A DNA stretch of 64,000 nucleotides from Octopus vulgaris (GCA_951406725.2 OX597814.1:208630001-208694000); one strand, 5' to 3'. Positions 39,626-51,922 are shown, numbered from the stretch's first letter. Translations and numbers: made by a program. The notes: generated by a model from the letters alone, not told the origin.

Positions 39626-41071
39626 TATATAAATGAAGGAGCAAGAAGTATTTCCGTATTCGATGTAGTAGTTCACTGACACACACAATTGAGATGGTAT
39701 CTTGAGAACATACACCTAAGTAAATGAAGACTGGAAACTCTACCCCCAAATCTCTCAGGAGAATATTCCAATCCATTGTAGTTAGCAATTTTTAGATGAA
39801 ATGTTTTGAAGCAACTGTTCTGGCTTTTTGAATTCTGAATGTTCAAATACTATCAAGATCAACTTTGCCTTTAATCCTCCTGGAATTGATAAGTCATCAT
39901 CATCATTGTTTGACCATGGTCGAGACAATGGAATTTACTATGCTACGCCAGACTTCACGGTCCTGATGAGGTGTTTGTTTGGTGTTGTTTGGTTGGGAGC
40001 TGACTCTTCTCCATCAGGTGATACCCGTCTGGTAAGATTGAGGGCATCACCGTCAATGGATGCCCTTGGAGGTGCAACGTGATCAGAGACAGGACCCGGC
40101 AAAGCAGGGGCTGGACCTACATCCGCAGGTATACCATTAGGTTTGGTTCCCTGGGGAAGAGGAACCCTGGTGCAGTTAATTGTAAATTCCACAATCTTTT
40201 CAAATGGCTAATAATGTGTGCGTGCGCCACTACTACACACATTGGAAAGCATTGTACAACCAAGTACTAAAGAAGATCTTTCCTCCTCCATGAAACAAAG
40301 CTGTTCCCGCTGGACGTCAACCCAGTATTTCTAAGCTATGGACCGAGTGATTTATTGTAAGGTTATCTCCCAAGATAGATTGCCTTCACTACGGCTAAGT
40401 ACCAGCCTCAGGTGGTAAACTGGCAGAACCATCAGAGCATGGGGTGAGATACTTTGTGGTATCTGTCCCCACTCTTTGTGTCCTGAGTTCAAATTCTACT
40501 ATGGACCATGATCTATTTGGATAGAAGATTTAATCTATCACCTGGTTTAACCAGTTGGACACAAACTTTAAGCGTTGGTGAACAGAATACAGATATCTTG
40601 AATTCTACCAAGTTCCTGGGTGCTTTTGGAAAAGTTTACTCTGTTGCAAACATTTAGACAAGTCTCTGGTTTCAGGATGTTGCCTTCAACCTAGAAGTCA
40701 CAAAGGCCCTAGGAAAGATCATGGACATTGTCCTTCTTCTTGATTAAGGGATAAAAAAAAAATTCCCTAGATGCTACCATGCTTACTTCTAACAGCTAAG
40801 TGAACTGGGGTAGCGTAGAATATGTTCTACCCAGAAATATATTAAGGCTCAACCAGCAGATATGAACTCTAATCCAACAGCTAATCCTCACAACAATATA
40901 ACCTCCCAGTTTCAGCCGGTATACATGATCTACCACTCATCTGCTAGAAATGACAGCCAAATCATTCTAAAATTACACCCTACTGTTGTAAAAGAAAAAG
41001 AACGGTGAAGAAAATGACTGGAATGCCATATTTCACTAAAGGTCTGCTTGATCAGGATGATACACAGATAA

Positions 41072-41144
41072 GGTTCCATGGTGTAGTGGTTATCATGTCT
41101 GCTTTACACGCAGAAGGTCGTGAGTTCGATCCTCACCAGAACCT
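41072..41144 (+). tRNA. tRNA-Val(TAC), probably a pseudogene
   Basis: GGTTCCATGGTGTAGTGGTTATCATGTCTGCTTTACACGCAGAAGGTCGTGAGTTCGATCCTCACCAGAACC. The T-arm (GTGAG/CTCAC) and anticodon arm (TCTGC/GCAGA) pair, and a TTTTT terminator follows at 41153. The acceptor stem has two mismatches and the discriminator is T. Confidence 0.85.
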
Positions 41145-41269
41145 GTATAAAATTTTTAAATGGCGGTGCCCCAGCATGGCCACAGCTTGTGAGCTGAAAC
41201 TAGATAAAAAAAAAATTTTTAAATAGGAACTAAACAAAAACCATACTCATATGTATTTTCATGCTATTC

Positions 41270-42045
41270 TTTTAGTCTTTTACTTGTTTCAGTCATGGTA
41301 AAGCACTGCCTTAAAGGATTTTAGTCAAAGAAATATACTCCAGGTCTTATTCTTTGTAAGCCTTATTCTATCGGTCTCATTTGATGAACTGTTAAGTTAC
41401 AAGGACATAAACACACCAACATCAGTTGTCAAATGAGTACGGGGTACGACACAAACACAAAGGCAAACACACACACACACGACAGGCTTGTTTCAGTTTC
41501 CTTCGACCAAATCCATTTGCAAGGCTTTGGATGGCCCAAGGCTATAGTGGAAGACACTTGCCCGAGGTGCTATGCACTGGAACCAAACCCGGAACCACGT
41601 GGTTGGGAAGCAAGCTTCTTACTACACAACCACATATGTTTTAATACTCTTTTACTTGTTTCAGTCAATTGACTGCGACTATGCTGGAGCACCGCCTTTA
41701 GTCGAGCAAATCGACCCCGGGACTTATTCTTTGTAAGCCCAGTACTTATTCTATCGGTCTCTTTTGCCGAATCGCTAAGTGACGGCGACGTAAACACACC
41801 AGCATCGGTTGTCAAGCAATGCTAGGGGGACAAACACAGACACACAAACATACACACACATACATATATATATATGTATACATATATACGACGGGCTTCT
41901 TTCAGTTTCCATCTACCAAATCCATTTGCAAGGCTTTGGATGGCCCAAGCTATAGTGGAAGACACTTGCCCCGATGTGCTATGCACTGGAACCAAACCCG
42001 GAACCACGTGGTTGGGAAGCAAGCTTCTTACTACACAACCGCATA
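41270..42045 (-). mobile_element. Two tandem family A SINEs sharing one diverged head
   Basis: 41508-41645 is nearly the same as 41917-42055. Confidence 0.85.
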
Positions 42046-42669
42046 TGCTTTAATATATATATATATTTTTTTAATTACATAAAACAGAATGCAAATTAAC
42101 TGAGTGAAAATTAAGAGGCATATGGGTTGGCTAATGTCCATGTGTAACTCCACCCATAAAACAGAGGAGCTATTAACAAAAGATTAAATCCATGCATGAA
42201 CAAGTACGAAGCTATAGTATCAACAACGATGAATTTCGAGATAAGTCCTTGAAGTGAAAATAGGAAATCAAAAGGTTTAAATGCAATCAATAAACCATGT
42301 CCATAATTATCCACGCTGATGATAGCTTACAATTAGCTGGTAATATGTATTTATCACTTAAAAAAATCTCAGTCACATGGTAGGTGGAAAGAGGTTAGCT
42401 AAATGGGAAGATTACATATAAATAATCATAATAGAAAAAAAGAAAAAAAAAAGAAAAACACCTCACACATCAGAATATTGATTATGGATTATAGAAGCCA
42501 TCCAAGATATCAAAATTTGTAAGGCCGAATAAAAGATTGCTTGTGTATGTGAGTATATACACACTATACACACACACATATATATACTACTGAAACACAA
42601 ATTCTATTCCTTATTTGCTTTATGACTGTAAGGTCATTATTATTATTATTATTATTACTCTTATTATTA

Positions 42670-43350
42670 AGGCAGCGAGCTGGAAGAAACGTTAGCACAC
42701 CGAGCGAAATGCTTAGCAGTATTTTGACTTGTCTTTATGTTCTGAGTTCAAATTCTGCAGAGGTCAACTTTGCCTTTCATCCTTTTGGGGTCGATAAACT
42801 AAGTACCTATTTCTTTATTACCCACAAGGGGCTAAACACAGAGGGGACAAACAAGGACAGACATAGGTATTAAGTCGATTACATCGACCCCAGTGTGTAA
42901 CTGGTACTTAATTTATCGACCCCGAAAGGATGAAAGGCAAAGTCGACCTCGGCGGAATTTGAACTCACAACGTAACGGCAGACGAAATACCGCTAAGCAT
43001 TTCGCCCGGCGTGCTAACGTTTCTGCCAGCTCGCCGCCAGTACCAGTTGCGTACTGCGGCTGGTCTAATCGACTGGCCCCTTCCCCAAAAATTTTGGGCC
43101 TTGTGCCTAGAGTAGAAAAGATTATTATTATTATTATTAAAAGTGGTGAGCTGGCAGAATCATTAGCACGCCAGGCAAAATGCTTAGCGGTATTTCATCT
43201 GTCTTTACGTTCTGAGTTCAAATTTCAGCAAGGTCAACTTAGCCTCTCATTGTTTTGGGGTTGATAAGTACCAGTTGGTCACTGAGTTCAAAGTAATCAA
43301 CTTAACCCCTCCCCTAAAATTGCTGGCCTCATGCCAAAATTTGAAAGCAT
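42670..43350. mobile_element. Family B SINE cluster; a minus copy (42808-43038) is nested in a plus copy
   Basis: agtacc is duplicated at 42802-42807 and 43039-43044; another plus copy starts near 43140. Confidence 0.85.
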
Positions 43351-43439
43351 TATCATTATTATTGTTACGAAAGTGGTAAGCCAACAGAATTGTTATGCTG
43401 GACAAAATGCTTCACATTTCATATGGCTCTTTATAAGTT

Positions 43440-43705
43440 AATTTAATTTTTTGGCTCAAAAAGCAAAAAGCAAGGCCATGTAGGGGGACATGGAGTTATG
43501 TACAGAGAGGGTGTTTATGCAAAAAGTTCAGGCCATTTTTGGTCAAGAGAGACTTTGAACCGAGCAGTCGTCGGCATCTTCACCTATCTCGTCCGGCAGC
43601 TTATTCCACAGATCCACAACCCGGACGGAGAAAGCCCCTCTCCTTCGATTGAAATGAAATCGTTGCAGATAGAGCTTTTCGGAGTGACCCCGCAGCCAAC
43701 GCTCT
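43440..43705 (-). mobile_element. CR1-like LINE 3' end
   Basis: Minus strand encodes LRGHSEKLYLQRFHFNRRRGAFSVRVVDLWNKLPD. Confidence 0.8.
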
Positions 43706-45529
43706 TGAGCAGGAATGTTCTGAATTCAAATCCTGCTGAGATCAACTTTGCTTCTCACTTTTTTGGGCTTGATAAAATAAAGTACTGGTCAAGTACCAAG
43801 GACCATGTTATAACCTGTCCCTTCTCCTTAAAATTTCTGCCCAAAATTAAAAAGATTAGGGTTGATGTAATTGACTTCTTACTTGTCTCAAAAACTGCTG
43901 GCCTTGTGCCATAATTTGAAACCATTATTATTATTATTATTATTATTATTAATATGACGAGCTGGCAGAATCATTAACACACTGGATAAAATACTTAGTA
44001 GCACTGCTTCCAGCTCTTCATGTTCTGAGTTCAAATCCTGAGTTTCATCTTTTTGAAAGTCAATAAAAATACTCGGGGTTAATATAATTAAGCTCCAGTA
44101 TATTCAAACACTGGGGATAATATAATTGATTAAGCCCCTCCTCCAAAATTTCAGGCCTTGTGCCTATAGTAGAAAGGATTATTACCTCCGCCAAGGAAGG
44201 AGGTTATGTTTTCATCGGCGTTGGTTTGTCTGTCTGTCCCTCTGTGTGCAAAATAACTCAAACTTTTGTGAACAGTATTTGATGAAACTTGCAGGAAAAG
44301 TTGGTAATGACACATGGAACAGATGATGAAATTTTGGTAGTGATCCGGGAATTTTTATGGATTCTTGAAGGATTTTTTCATTTGTTATATTTACTTTACA
44401 AGAAGTATTACAATGTTACATTCTTTGAAGCCTTTCTCTGATTATCTCCCTTGAAAACACGTTCATGGTTTTCACATAACCTATGGTGGCGTTGCTGTTT
44501 CCAAAGTTTCATTTTCGTTTCTCTATTAGTAATTTTACTCACGTATCTATCTTACTAGAAACTGGTGGATAAAGAGATCAAACTACATAAACAAACGGCA
44601 GCGAAACAGTTCAGAAATTAAATGAGACTAACATATTCAAGGGTTGATAAAAGCAGCAGCAGAGGAGGGGGCAGTGGTAGCAACAACTGATGCTGAACCC
44701 TTGAGGGATCATTGATACTATACTGACCACAGAGTGATGTAAAGTAGGTAGGTAGGTTTAGTTTGGTAAGTTGACAGATACCTCTTTTAAAAGCAGCTTA
44801 TATTGAAAACTGTTCATACTGACCTGACTAGTAGTTGAAAACAACTGATAGGGTACACACACACAGCTCCAGTTGTGTCTAAGAATAATCTTTTCTACTA
44901 TAGGCACAAGGCCTGAAATTCATCATTTTCTGAAACACTTTCACTTGCACCAGACTCACACACACCATCACTTGCAGACACGATCTTGGTTTGTCTGTCT
45001 CTCCCCGTGTGCAAAATAACTCAAAATTTTGTGAACGGTATTTGATGAAACTTGTAGGAAAAGTTGGTAATGACACATGGAACAGATGATGAAATTTTGG
45101 TAGTGATCTGGAAATTTCTATGGATTTTTGAACGATTTTTCATTTGTTATATTTACTTTACATGAAGTATTACAACACTTGTAGATGGAGTAGTAGGTTT
45201 CTTTTTAAAAAAGAAGTCTAGAGTTATTTGCTTAAAAGAAGCTTTTGTTTCGCTCTCTCCAAATTTCTCAGTAACATGCAGAACCATTTGTTATGGTAGT
45301 AGAAACTGTTGCACTTCATTCACAGTTTCACATAACTTGAATCTTGTGCTTGAAAAATATAACTTGTAAAAGAGCTTCAGTAAGACACCAGCTGATGTTA
45401 CAGGGGTAACTTATCAGATAGTAGGCCTACTTTAGAAAAACATTCAACCACAGCAGTCACGCCTCCCTATAGATCTAAAAGTGTGGAGCAACGAAAGAAA
45501 GAAAATGCAGAGTGCATGAAAAAGAAAAG

Positions 45530-45870
45530 GCAGGAAGAGGCACCAGTGCAGCTGCCAACAGTCGCCATGCGACTGACAGTGCACAAAAGTGAAGACATAG
45601 GGAAAATTAAACGCTGGACGCTGCCGAGACTTGCTATGCGACTGACAGTGCAAAAAGCGATGACTTAGGGAGAAGGAAGCGCCAGAGGCTGCCAAGACTC
45701 ACCGTGCGTCTGACAGCACAAATAAGTAGAGACTTAAAGAGAATGAAATGCCGGAGGCTGCCGAGACTCACCGGGCGTCTGTCAGGGCAGGAATGCACAG
45801 GTATAGGCAGCAAGAAACACAATAGGCAGCTAAGGTTCAACTGATCATAGAGAAAAACAGGATGCAAGGT
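45530..45870 (+). repeat. Five 69-bp coding repeats (23 aa, STPR-like)
   Basis: gctgcc/gcagct anchors at 45551, 45620, 45688, 45757 and 45826; one unit reads EMPEAAETHRASVRAGMHRYRQQ-ET. Confidence 0.7.
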
Positions 45871-45880
45871 CGTAGAGCAA

Positions 45881-47092
45881 TTGGCTGAGGAAGAAAGTGC
45901 TGCAGTTTTCGTGGCTAAGATAAAGGAAAGACCAATCTATGCTTGCTGCTCTTGTCACCGACTGCATTACCGACCATCAGTTCTGGAGATGAAGGTTGAG
46001 AAATATCCCACAAACAGAACAACTGACGACATTCTTAAAGCAAGCAGTGGAATGATAACATATGACAAATCATGGGTTTGCAACACCTGCCATTTGTCGA
46101 TGAAGCATGGAAAAGTCCCAGTTCAATCATGGATCAATGGTTTGGGCCTGGATGTAATACCACCGGCACTATCTGACCTGAGACCTCTAGAACCGAGACT
46201 GATCAGTCAGAGGATCCCATTTATGAAGCTTGTGGGTCTGCCAAAAGGAAGACAAAAAGCCATCCATGGTAGTGCAGCAAATGTGCCATCAAAGCTACAA
46301 CCTGTGGTGTCATTGTTACCGAGGCTTCCTGACACAGCAGAAGTGGTAGCTCTGAAACTGAAGAGAAAGCTTTGCTACAAAGGGCATTATATGCATGAAT
46401 ACATTCGGCCTAAAAAGGTGATGGAGGCATTCAACTGGTTGAAGCAGAACAACACTTTGTATAAAGACATCGTCATCTGCACAGACTGGGAAAATCGGTG
46501 GGAAGATGATGATCCAGAGCTGCGGGAAGCAATAGCCAAAGCCTGTCCAGAGGAGATGGAAGTTGATCAACCAGACTCCCCTGCTCCTCTGTCACCCACG
46601 CCAACTGGAAACAGTTACCGCATGCTGGAACATCTGGCTAAGAGGTGCAACTTGAAGATAAAGCAGATCCCTGCGGATGGTAACTACTGCTTTCACGCTG
46701 TATCAGCATCTCTCACTTCAGTTGGAGAGCAGAACATCGATGGGCCTGACATACAACAAAAGCTCATTGACTATCTGGAGACAACATCTGACAAGCACTA
46801 CTACTTTGGCTTTTTACAACTTAACAACAGCCTACACCAGTCATCTGTACATGAAACCCTAAATCAGCAACAGAGGAGGGCCTATGACATGTATATTGAT
46901 GAGCTGAGAAATGGCGCATGGGCAGACAACCTGGCAGTCCAAGGAGTTGCAGATATGTTGAATCTCAGCATCGAGGTCATTGACACTATCACTCCTGAAT
47001 GGCCACATGATATTGATCCCTGAGGACAAAGAAGTGAGAGGACAATAATAATTGGGCTGATGGGTGAGGAGCATTTTGTGGCACTAGAACAT
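45881..47092 (+). pseudogene. Helentron protein fragment: DUF6570-like domain plus OTU-like cysteine protease domain
   Basis: CCSCHR...WVCNTC...NGL...LISQRIPFMKL..LPKGRQ..IHG...NVP...LPRLP...LKLKRKL.YKGHY....IRPKKV..A..WLK.NN.LY. This is followed by IPADGNYCFHAVS...YIDELRNGAWADNLAVQGVADML and, past the TGA at 47021, IIIGLMGEEHFVAL. Confidence 0.85.
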
Positions 47093-47094
47093 GC

Positions 47095-47650
47095 CAATGC
47101 CAGTAATTGGCATGTTCCATCCAAACGTGCCAATTCCAGTAACCCCAGACTGGCTCCTGTGCTGGTGGCACGTAAAAAGCACTATCCAAACGTCATCGAT
47201 GCCAGAACTACCTGACTGGCTACTGTGCCAGTGACATGTAAAAAGCACCCACTGCACTCTTGGCGTTAGGAAGGGTATCCAGATGCAGAAACATTGCCAG
47301 ATCAGATTGCTGCCTAGTGCAGCTGCTGGCTCTCCAGACCACAGTCAAAGCGTCCAATGCATGCCAGCATGGAAAACAGATGTTAAACAATGATGATGAT
47401 GATGATATCCATGGACATATATATATTATATATATATATATATATGCCGGACCCCCCCCCTGGCACCTGTGCAGGTGGCACGTAAAAAGCACCCACTACA
47501 CTCACGGAGTGGTTGGCGTTAGGAAGGGCATCCAGCTGTAAAAACACTGCCAAATCAGACTGGAGTCTGGTGCAGCTTCCTGGCTTGCCAGACCCCGGTC
47601 GAACCGTCCAACCCATGCTAGCATGGAGAACGGATGATGATGATGATGAT
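47095..47650 (+). mobile_element. Two family C (RTE-type) 3' fragments
   Basis: ggcgttaggaaggg...(gat)n occurs twice; these truncate the Helentron. Confidence 0.75.
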
Positions 47651-47743
47651 ATATATATGGCGGTCTTTCAAAATGAGACCTGGTGTGTACCGTTGGCAAT
47701 TTTTTCCTCTGTCTTCCCTTCTCTGGATCTTTCCTTCTCCTAT

Positions 47744-47779
47744 GTTTCCGACGAAGAGCTCCACTCGAAACGTTAATAC
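47744..47779 (+). ncRNA. Degenerate PLE-type hammerhead motif
   Basis: gttt CCGACGA a GAG ctcca CTC GAAA CGTT aatac; core position U4 is C. Confidence 0.45.
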
Positions 47780-47842
47780 TATATTTGTTCCACGTCCTCG
47801 CGTTGTGTTTTTTTGTGCTTTCTTGTTTGGATTAACATATAT

Positions 47843-48275
47843 AATCATCATCCTCATCGTTTAACGTCCGTTCTCCATGCTAGCATGGGTTGGACGGTTC
47901 GACCGGGGATCTGGGAAGCCAGAAGGCTGCACCAGGCTCCAGTCTTATCTGGCAATGTTTCTACAGCTGGATGCCCTTCCTAACGCCAACCACTCTGTGA
48001 GTGTAGTGGGTGCTTCTTACGTGCCACCTGCACATATATATATATATATATATATATATCCATGTGTGTCTGTGTGTCTCCCTGCTACCACTTGAAAATC
48101 AGTGTTGGGGTGCTTACATCCCCATAACTTAGCAGTTCAACAAAAGAGACCAATAGAATAAGTATCAGGCTTAAACGATAAAAAAAATACTGGGGGCTGA
48201 TTCATTCAACTAGAAATTCTTCAACGCAGTGCACCAACATGGCCACAGTCTAATGACTGAAACAAGCAAGAGAAA
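47843..48275. mobile_element. Family C fragment (minus) plus family A tail (plus)
   Basis: Similarity to other copies in the window. Confidence 0.7.
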
Positions 48276-48624
48276 ATGCTATTTTATGTTCAGCACTCAA
48301 ACTTTTTGCTCAGGAAAATACTTTTACATATCAAATCGCTTATATTTGTTTCTTGAAATGATTAAATTTCAAGAAGCTAAGACAGAGTAGGGAACACCTT
48401 CAAGTAATCAGCAACTGCATGAAAGACACATCGTTGACAGGATCACAATCTGTGACTAAAGCACCTTGACAAGCCAGATAATTAGCTGACTGATTGATTA
48501 ACTAATTAGTTAACTGATAATAAAACTGAAGTGAAATACAATCAGTTTAGTCTAATATTAGCAGGAAAACCCATGCTAAGTACAATGATGTATACAGGTG
48601 TGTATGTGCGTGTGTGTGTGTGTA

Positions 48625-48975
48625 TGTTTTATCTTTTATCTGTTTCAGTCATTAGACTGTGGCCATGCTGGAGCACTGCCTTGAAGAACTTTTAGTCAAA
48701 TGAATCAATGCCAGCACTTATTTTTTTGTTAAGCCTGATACTTATTCTATTGGTCTCATTTTGTCAAACCACTAAGTTATAGGGACACAAACACACAAAC
48801 CCCGGTTGTCAAGCGGTAGTGGGGAACAAACACACACACACACACACACACACAAATGAGACAAGCTTCTTTCAGTTTTTGTTCACTCACAAGGCTCGGT
48901 GAACTCGAGGTTATAGAAGACACCTGCCCAAGGTGCCATGCATTGGGACTGAAACTAGAACCAGGTGGTTGAGAA
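48625..48975 (-). mobile_element. Old family A SINE
   Basis: Diverged match to the family. Confidence 0.7.
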
Positions 48976-49405
48976 GAAAAAGGTGTAATGCATATACACA
49001 TGCATAAACATCTGTGCATACTGGGAGAAACTTCATAGACATGTGCATCAACATTAAACACCACTTTGTTCCAGGTTCATTTTACATTGTTAAATATTTG
49101 TTTTTCATTGAGACTCGAAGCAGACCTTGAAGAGAGGGTGTGTCACTGATTAGGTTATTAATAGCAATGAAAGAACTTTGACAAACAAAAAACAATTGAT
49201 TAGTTAGTTGGTTGGTTAAATGTGTAACCAAATGATAAACAATAAATAAGTGATACTGAACCAGTGCATGTGCTCATTATAACTGGCATACTGACCCTCC
49301 CATCACACAACAAGATTTGCTTCAACATATGAATTCACATTGAGAAGCTTGCAAACCAAAAAAAAAAAAAAGAAAAAAGGAAATGTTTTTCCTGTAGTCT
49401 TAGAG

Positions 49406-49624
49406 CAGTGCTTTTCAAACTTTTTGCTGGAGCGGAACCCCAAGGAAACATTCCACTGGCTCGAGGAACCCCTGTGCAATAATTTAATAGTCTTATGCAC
49501 ACATATCTGCACAGGAGAATTAAAAATTACTGCTGATTTTAGCAGTTTTGTAACTTCTTGCGGAACCCCTGGACTGTACTGGCGGAACCCTAAGGTTCCG
49601 CGGAACCCTGGTTGAAAACCACTG
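49406..49624. mobile_element. hAT-family MITE
   Basis: TIRs cagtgcttttcaa/ttgaaaaccactg; perfect 8-bp TSD tcttagag (49398-49405, 49625-49632); repeated subterminal ggaaccc motifs. Confidence 0.9.
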
Positions 49625-49914
49625 TCTTAGAGTATTATTTTCCATGAGGAATAATATTGGTTGTCGAAGGTCTATTTTGGCAGTGATGTTTCAAGAATTT
49701 CAAAAAATTAAGTCTGGGGAAAACTAATGAAAAATGCAAATGGATTCAGCATTAGGAAAAAAGGGGAGAAAAAAAGGTAAAAAGAACACTGATACTAACT
49801 AAATGCAGTGTAAAATGTGTTTCATCCAGGAGATAAGATTAGCAAGGTTTTGAACTGTCAGAGTTACAACGGACATTAGAAGATTATTATTCATAAGTAA
49901 ACAAAGAATATATA

Positions 49915-50313
49915 TCTCTTTACTCTCTTTTACTCGTTTCAGTCATTTGACTGTGGCCATGCTGGAGCACCGCCTTTAGTCGAGCAAATCGACCCCAGGA
50001 CTTATTTTTTAGAAGCCTAGTACTTATTCTATCAGTTTCTTTTGCCGAACCGCTAAGTTACAGGGACGTAAATACACCAGCATCGGTTGTCAAGCGATGT
50101 TGAGAAGACAAACGCAGACACACACATACATACATACACACATATCATCATCATCATCATCGTTTAGCGTCCGTTTTCCATGCTAGCTTGGGTTGGACAG
50201 TTCAACTGGGTTCTGTGAAGCCGGAAGGCTTCATCAGGCCCAGTCAGACCTGGCAGTGTTTCTACGGCTGGATGCCCTTCCTAACGCCAACCACTCCGTG
50301 AGTGTAGTGGGTG

Positions 50314-50362
<49 letters not shown>

Positions 50363-50518
50363 CATTTTTACGACGAGCTTCTTTCAGTTTCCGTCTACCA
50401 AATCCACTCACAAGGCTTTGGTCGGCCCGAGGCTATAGTAGAAGACACTTGCCCAAGGTGGGACTGAACCCAGGACCATGTGGTTGGTAAGCAAGCTACT
50501 TACCACACAGCCACTCCT
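49915..50518 (-). mobile_element. Family A SINE with a family C fragment (50145-50318) in its internal microsatellite
   Basis: The two SINE halves flank the insert. Confidence 0.85.
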
Positions 50519-50870
50519 AAATTAAAAAAAAATAAATATATAAAGCATAAACTAAAACCCCTGTGTTTTCACACATACTCACTAGACAAGATTGATATGC
50601 TAAGTATGTCACAGTTTTATCTTCAAATAATAGTGTAGGAATTATCTGCTGAGATAGTAAGAGTTTATCTTTTTTGTGGATGTGTCTCAAAGTTCATCAA
50701 GATATTTTTTTTATTTAACCCCATTAACTGAACTCTAGAAAGGCTTTAGTATGCCATTTTCTACTATAACAAAGCAAAATTTTTGCCTTTTGTTTCAATG
50801 TATGGAGGTGAGAATTGTATCGCCCACTAAACTAAAATAAAATGAAATAAAACAAAGGCTTTATATTCTA

Positions 50871-51300
50871 CTAGCAGTATCGCCCGGCGTTGCTCGGGTT
50901 TGTAAGGGAAATAACTATATAAGCATTTTTAGAGTTATAGCCAAAAAGTAGCAAAAAAAATGCATTAAAAGTAGCAAAAAAAATGATGGTAAATTTTTTT
51001 TTAAATCGTTGACTCATCGTAGACATTTTTAGAGAGTTACTTCTCTTATATAATAGCGAAAAAATGCATTAAAATGGAAAAAAATGATGGTAAATTATTT
51101 TTAAAATCGTAGACTCATCGTAGACGCGCGCTAATACCCAGAAGGGCTCGATATGAATCACGACTATAAGATACACTGCACCGCAAAATGTGGGAGTAGT
51201 AAGGAATTTGGTTAGACACTGCACCGCTTCAAAGGTGGGAGTAGTAAAGGAATCTAAATCGTAGGAGACAGACACACAACTTGACTTTTATATATAAAGA
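50871..51300 (-). mobile_element. Non-autonomous Helitron, same family as 28769
   Basis: Minus strand reads A|TCtttatatataaaag...gcaacgccgggcgatactgCTAG|T, with internal duplications. Confidence 0.85.
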
Positions 51301-51510
51301 TTATCTTTTTACTGTCTTTCAATTTTATAGTTAGTGGAACTTTGTTAGTAACTACCTTCATTGGTATAGTCAGTTACATCATCAATCCGAGTACCTGATA
51401 GAAATATCAACCTCAGAAGGCTGTTATAGCAAAGTGAGCAGGATTTGAATTCTAATAATAAAGGGACATAACCAAATACCACAAGTTAATTTTGCTTGAT
51501 GCTCTACTAA

Positions 51511-51922
51511 TCTCTATCTCTATATATAATCTATATATAAAGCTGAAGTTGTCTGTGTGTGGCAGGTTTGGTAGCCTTCAACTAACACCATCTCCTCCGA
51601 GACCCTGCGGCGCAAGTTGACCAAAATTGAGAGTATGATAGAAGAAGGCTTACTCTTCCTTGCGTAGAAGAAAAAATTCAAATTGGACCATGTTATACAT
51701 CAAAAATTATTTACATCAAAAAAGGTGCTTTTTTTTCTATGAAAATCCCTATTTTTTATGATTTTTTTTACTGCTGTGTCACCATTTTTCGGTGTATTTC
51801 AACCAGAAAAATGTTCACTTAAAGAGAATAACAAGCTACATAATGCAAAATTTTTACTATTCAAAAATTCCAATTCTAAAGGGTCGAAACAAGCTCAAGC
51901 AATGCCAGGCGATGCTGCTAAG
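51511..51922 (+). mobile_element. Non-autonomous Helitron (older)
   Basis: tctatatataaagctg...gcaatgccaggcgatgctgctaagt, a CpG-decayed version of the 3' end. Confidence 0.65.

Larger units (their letters stand above)
44181..47092 (+). mobile_element. Helentron (Helitron2-like) relic, 3'-truncated
   Basis: Terminus TT|attacctccgccaaggaaggaggttatg with stem-loop acctcc/ggaggt followed by gtctgtctgtc (DINE/HINE-like). About 44220-44415 is repeated at about 44985-45175. Coding relic at 45500-47092. Linkage of the terminus to the ORF is inferred from position. Confidence 0.65.

Noticed and set aside
39900-40410. 84-aa minus ORF and possible HDV-like ribozyme in an RTE-related-looking segment
   Set aside because: The ORF has no recognisable domain, and I could not fold a nested double pseudoknot by eye.
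45881-47023. Host OTU deubiquitinase gene
   Set aside because: It is intronless, its upstream repeats have stops and a frameshift, a stop precedes the catalytic His, and it has a Helentron-type N-terminal domain.
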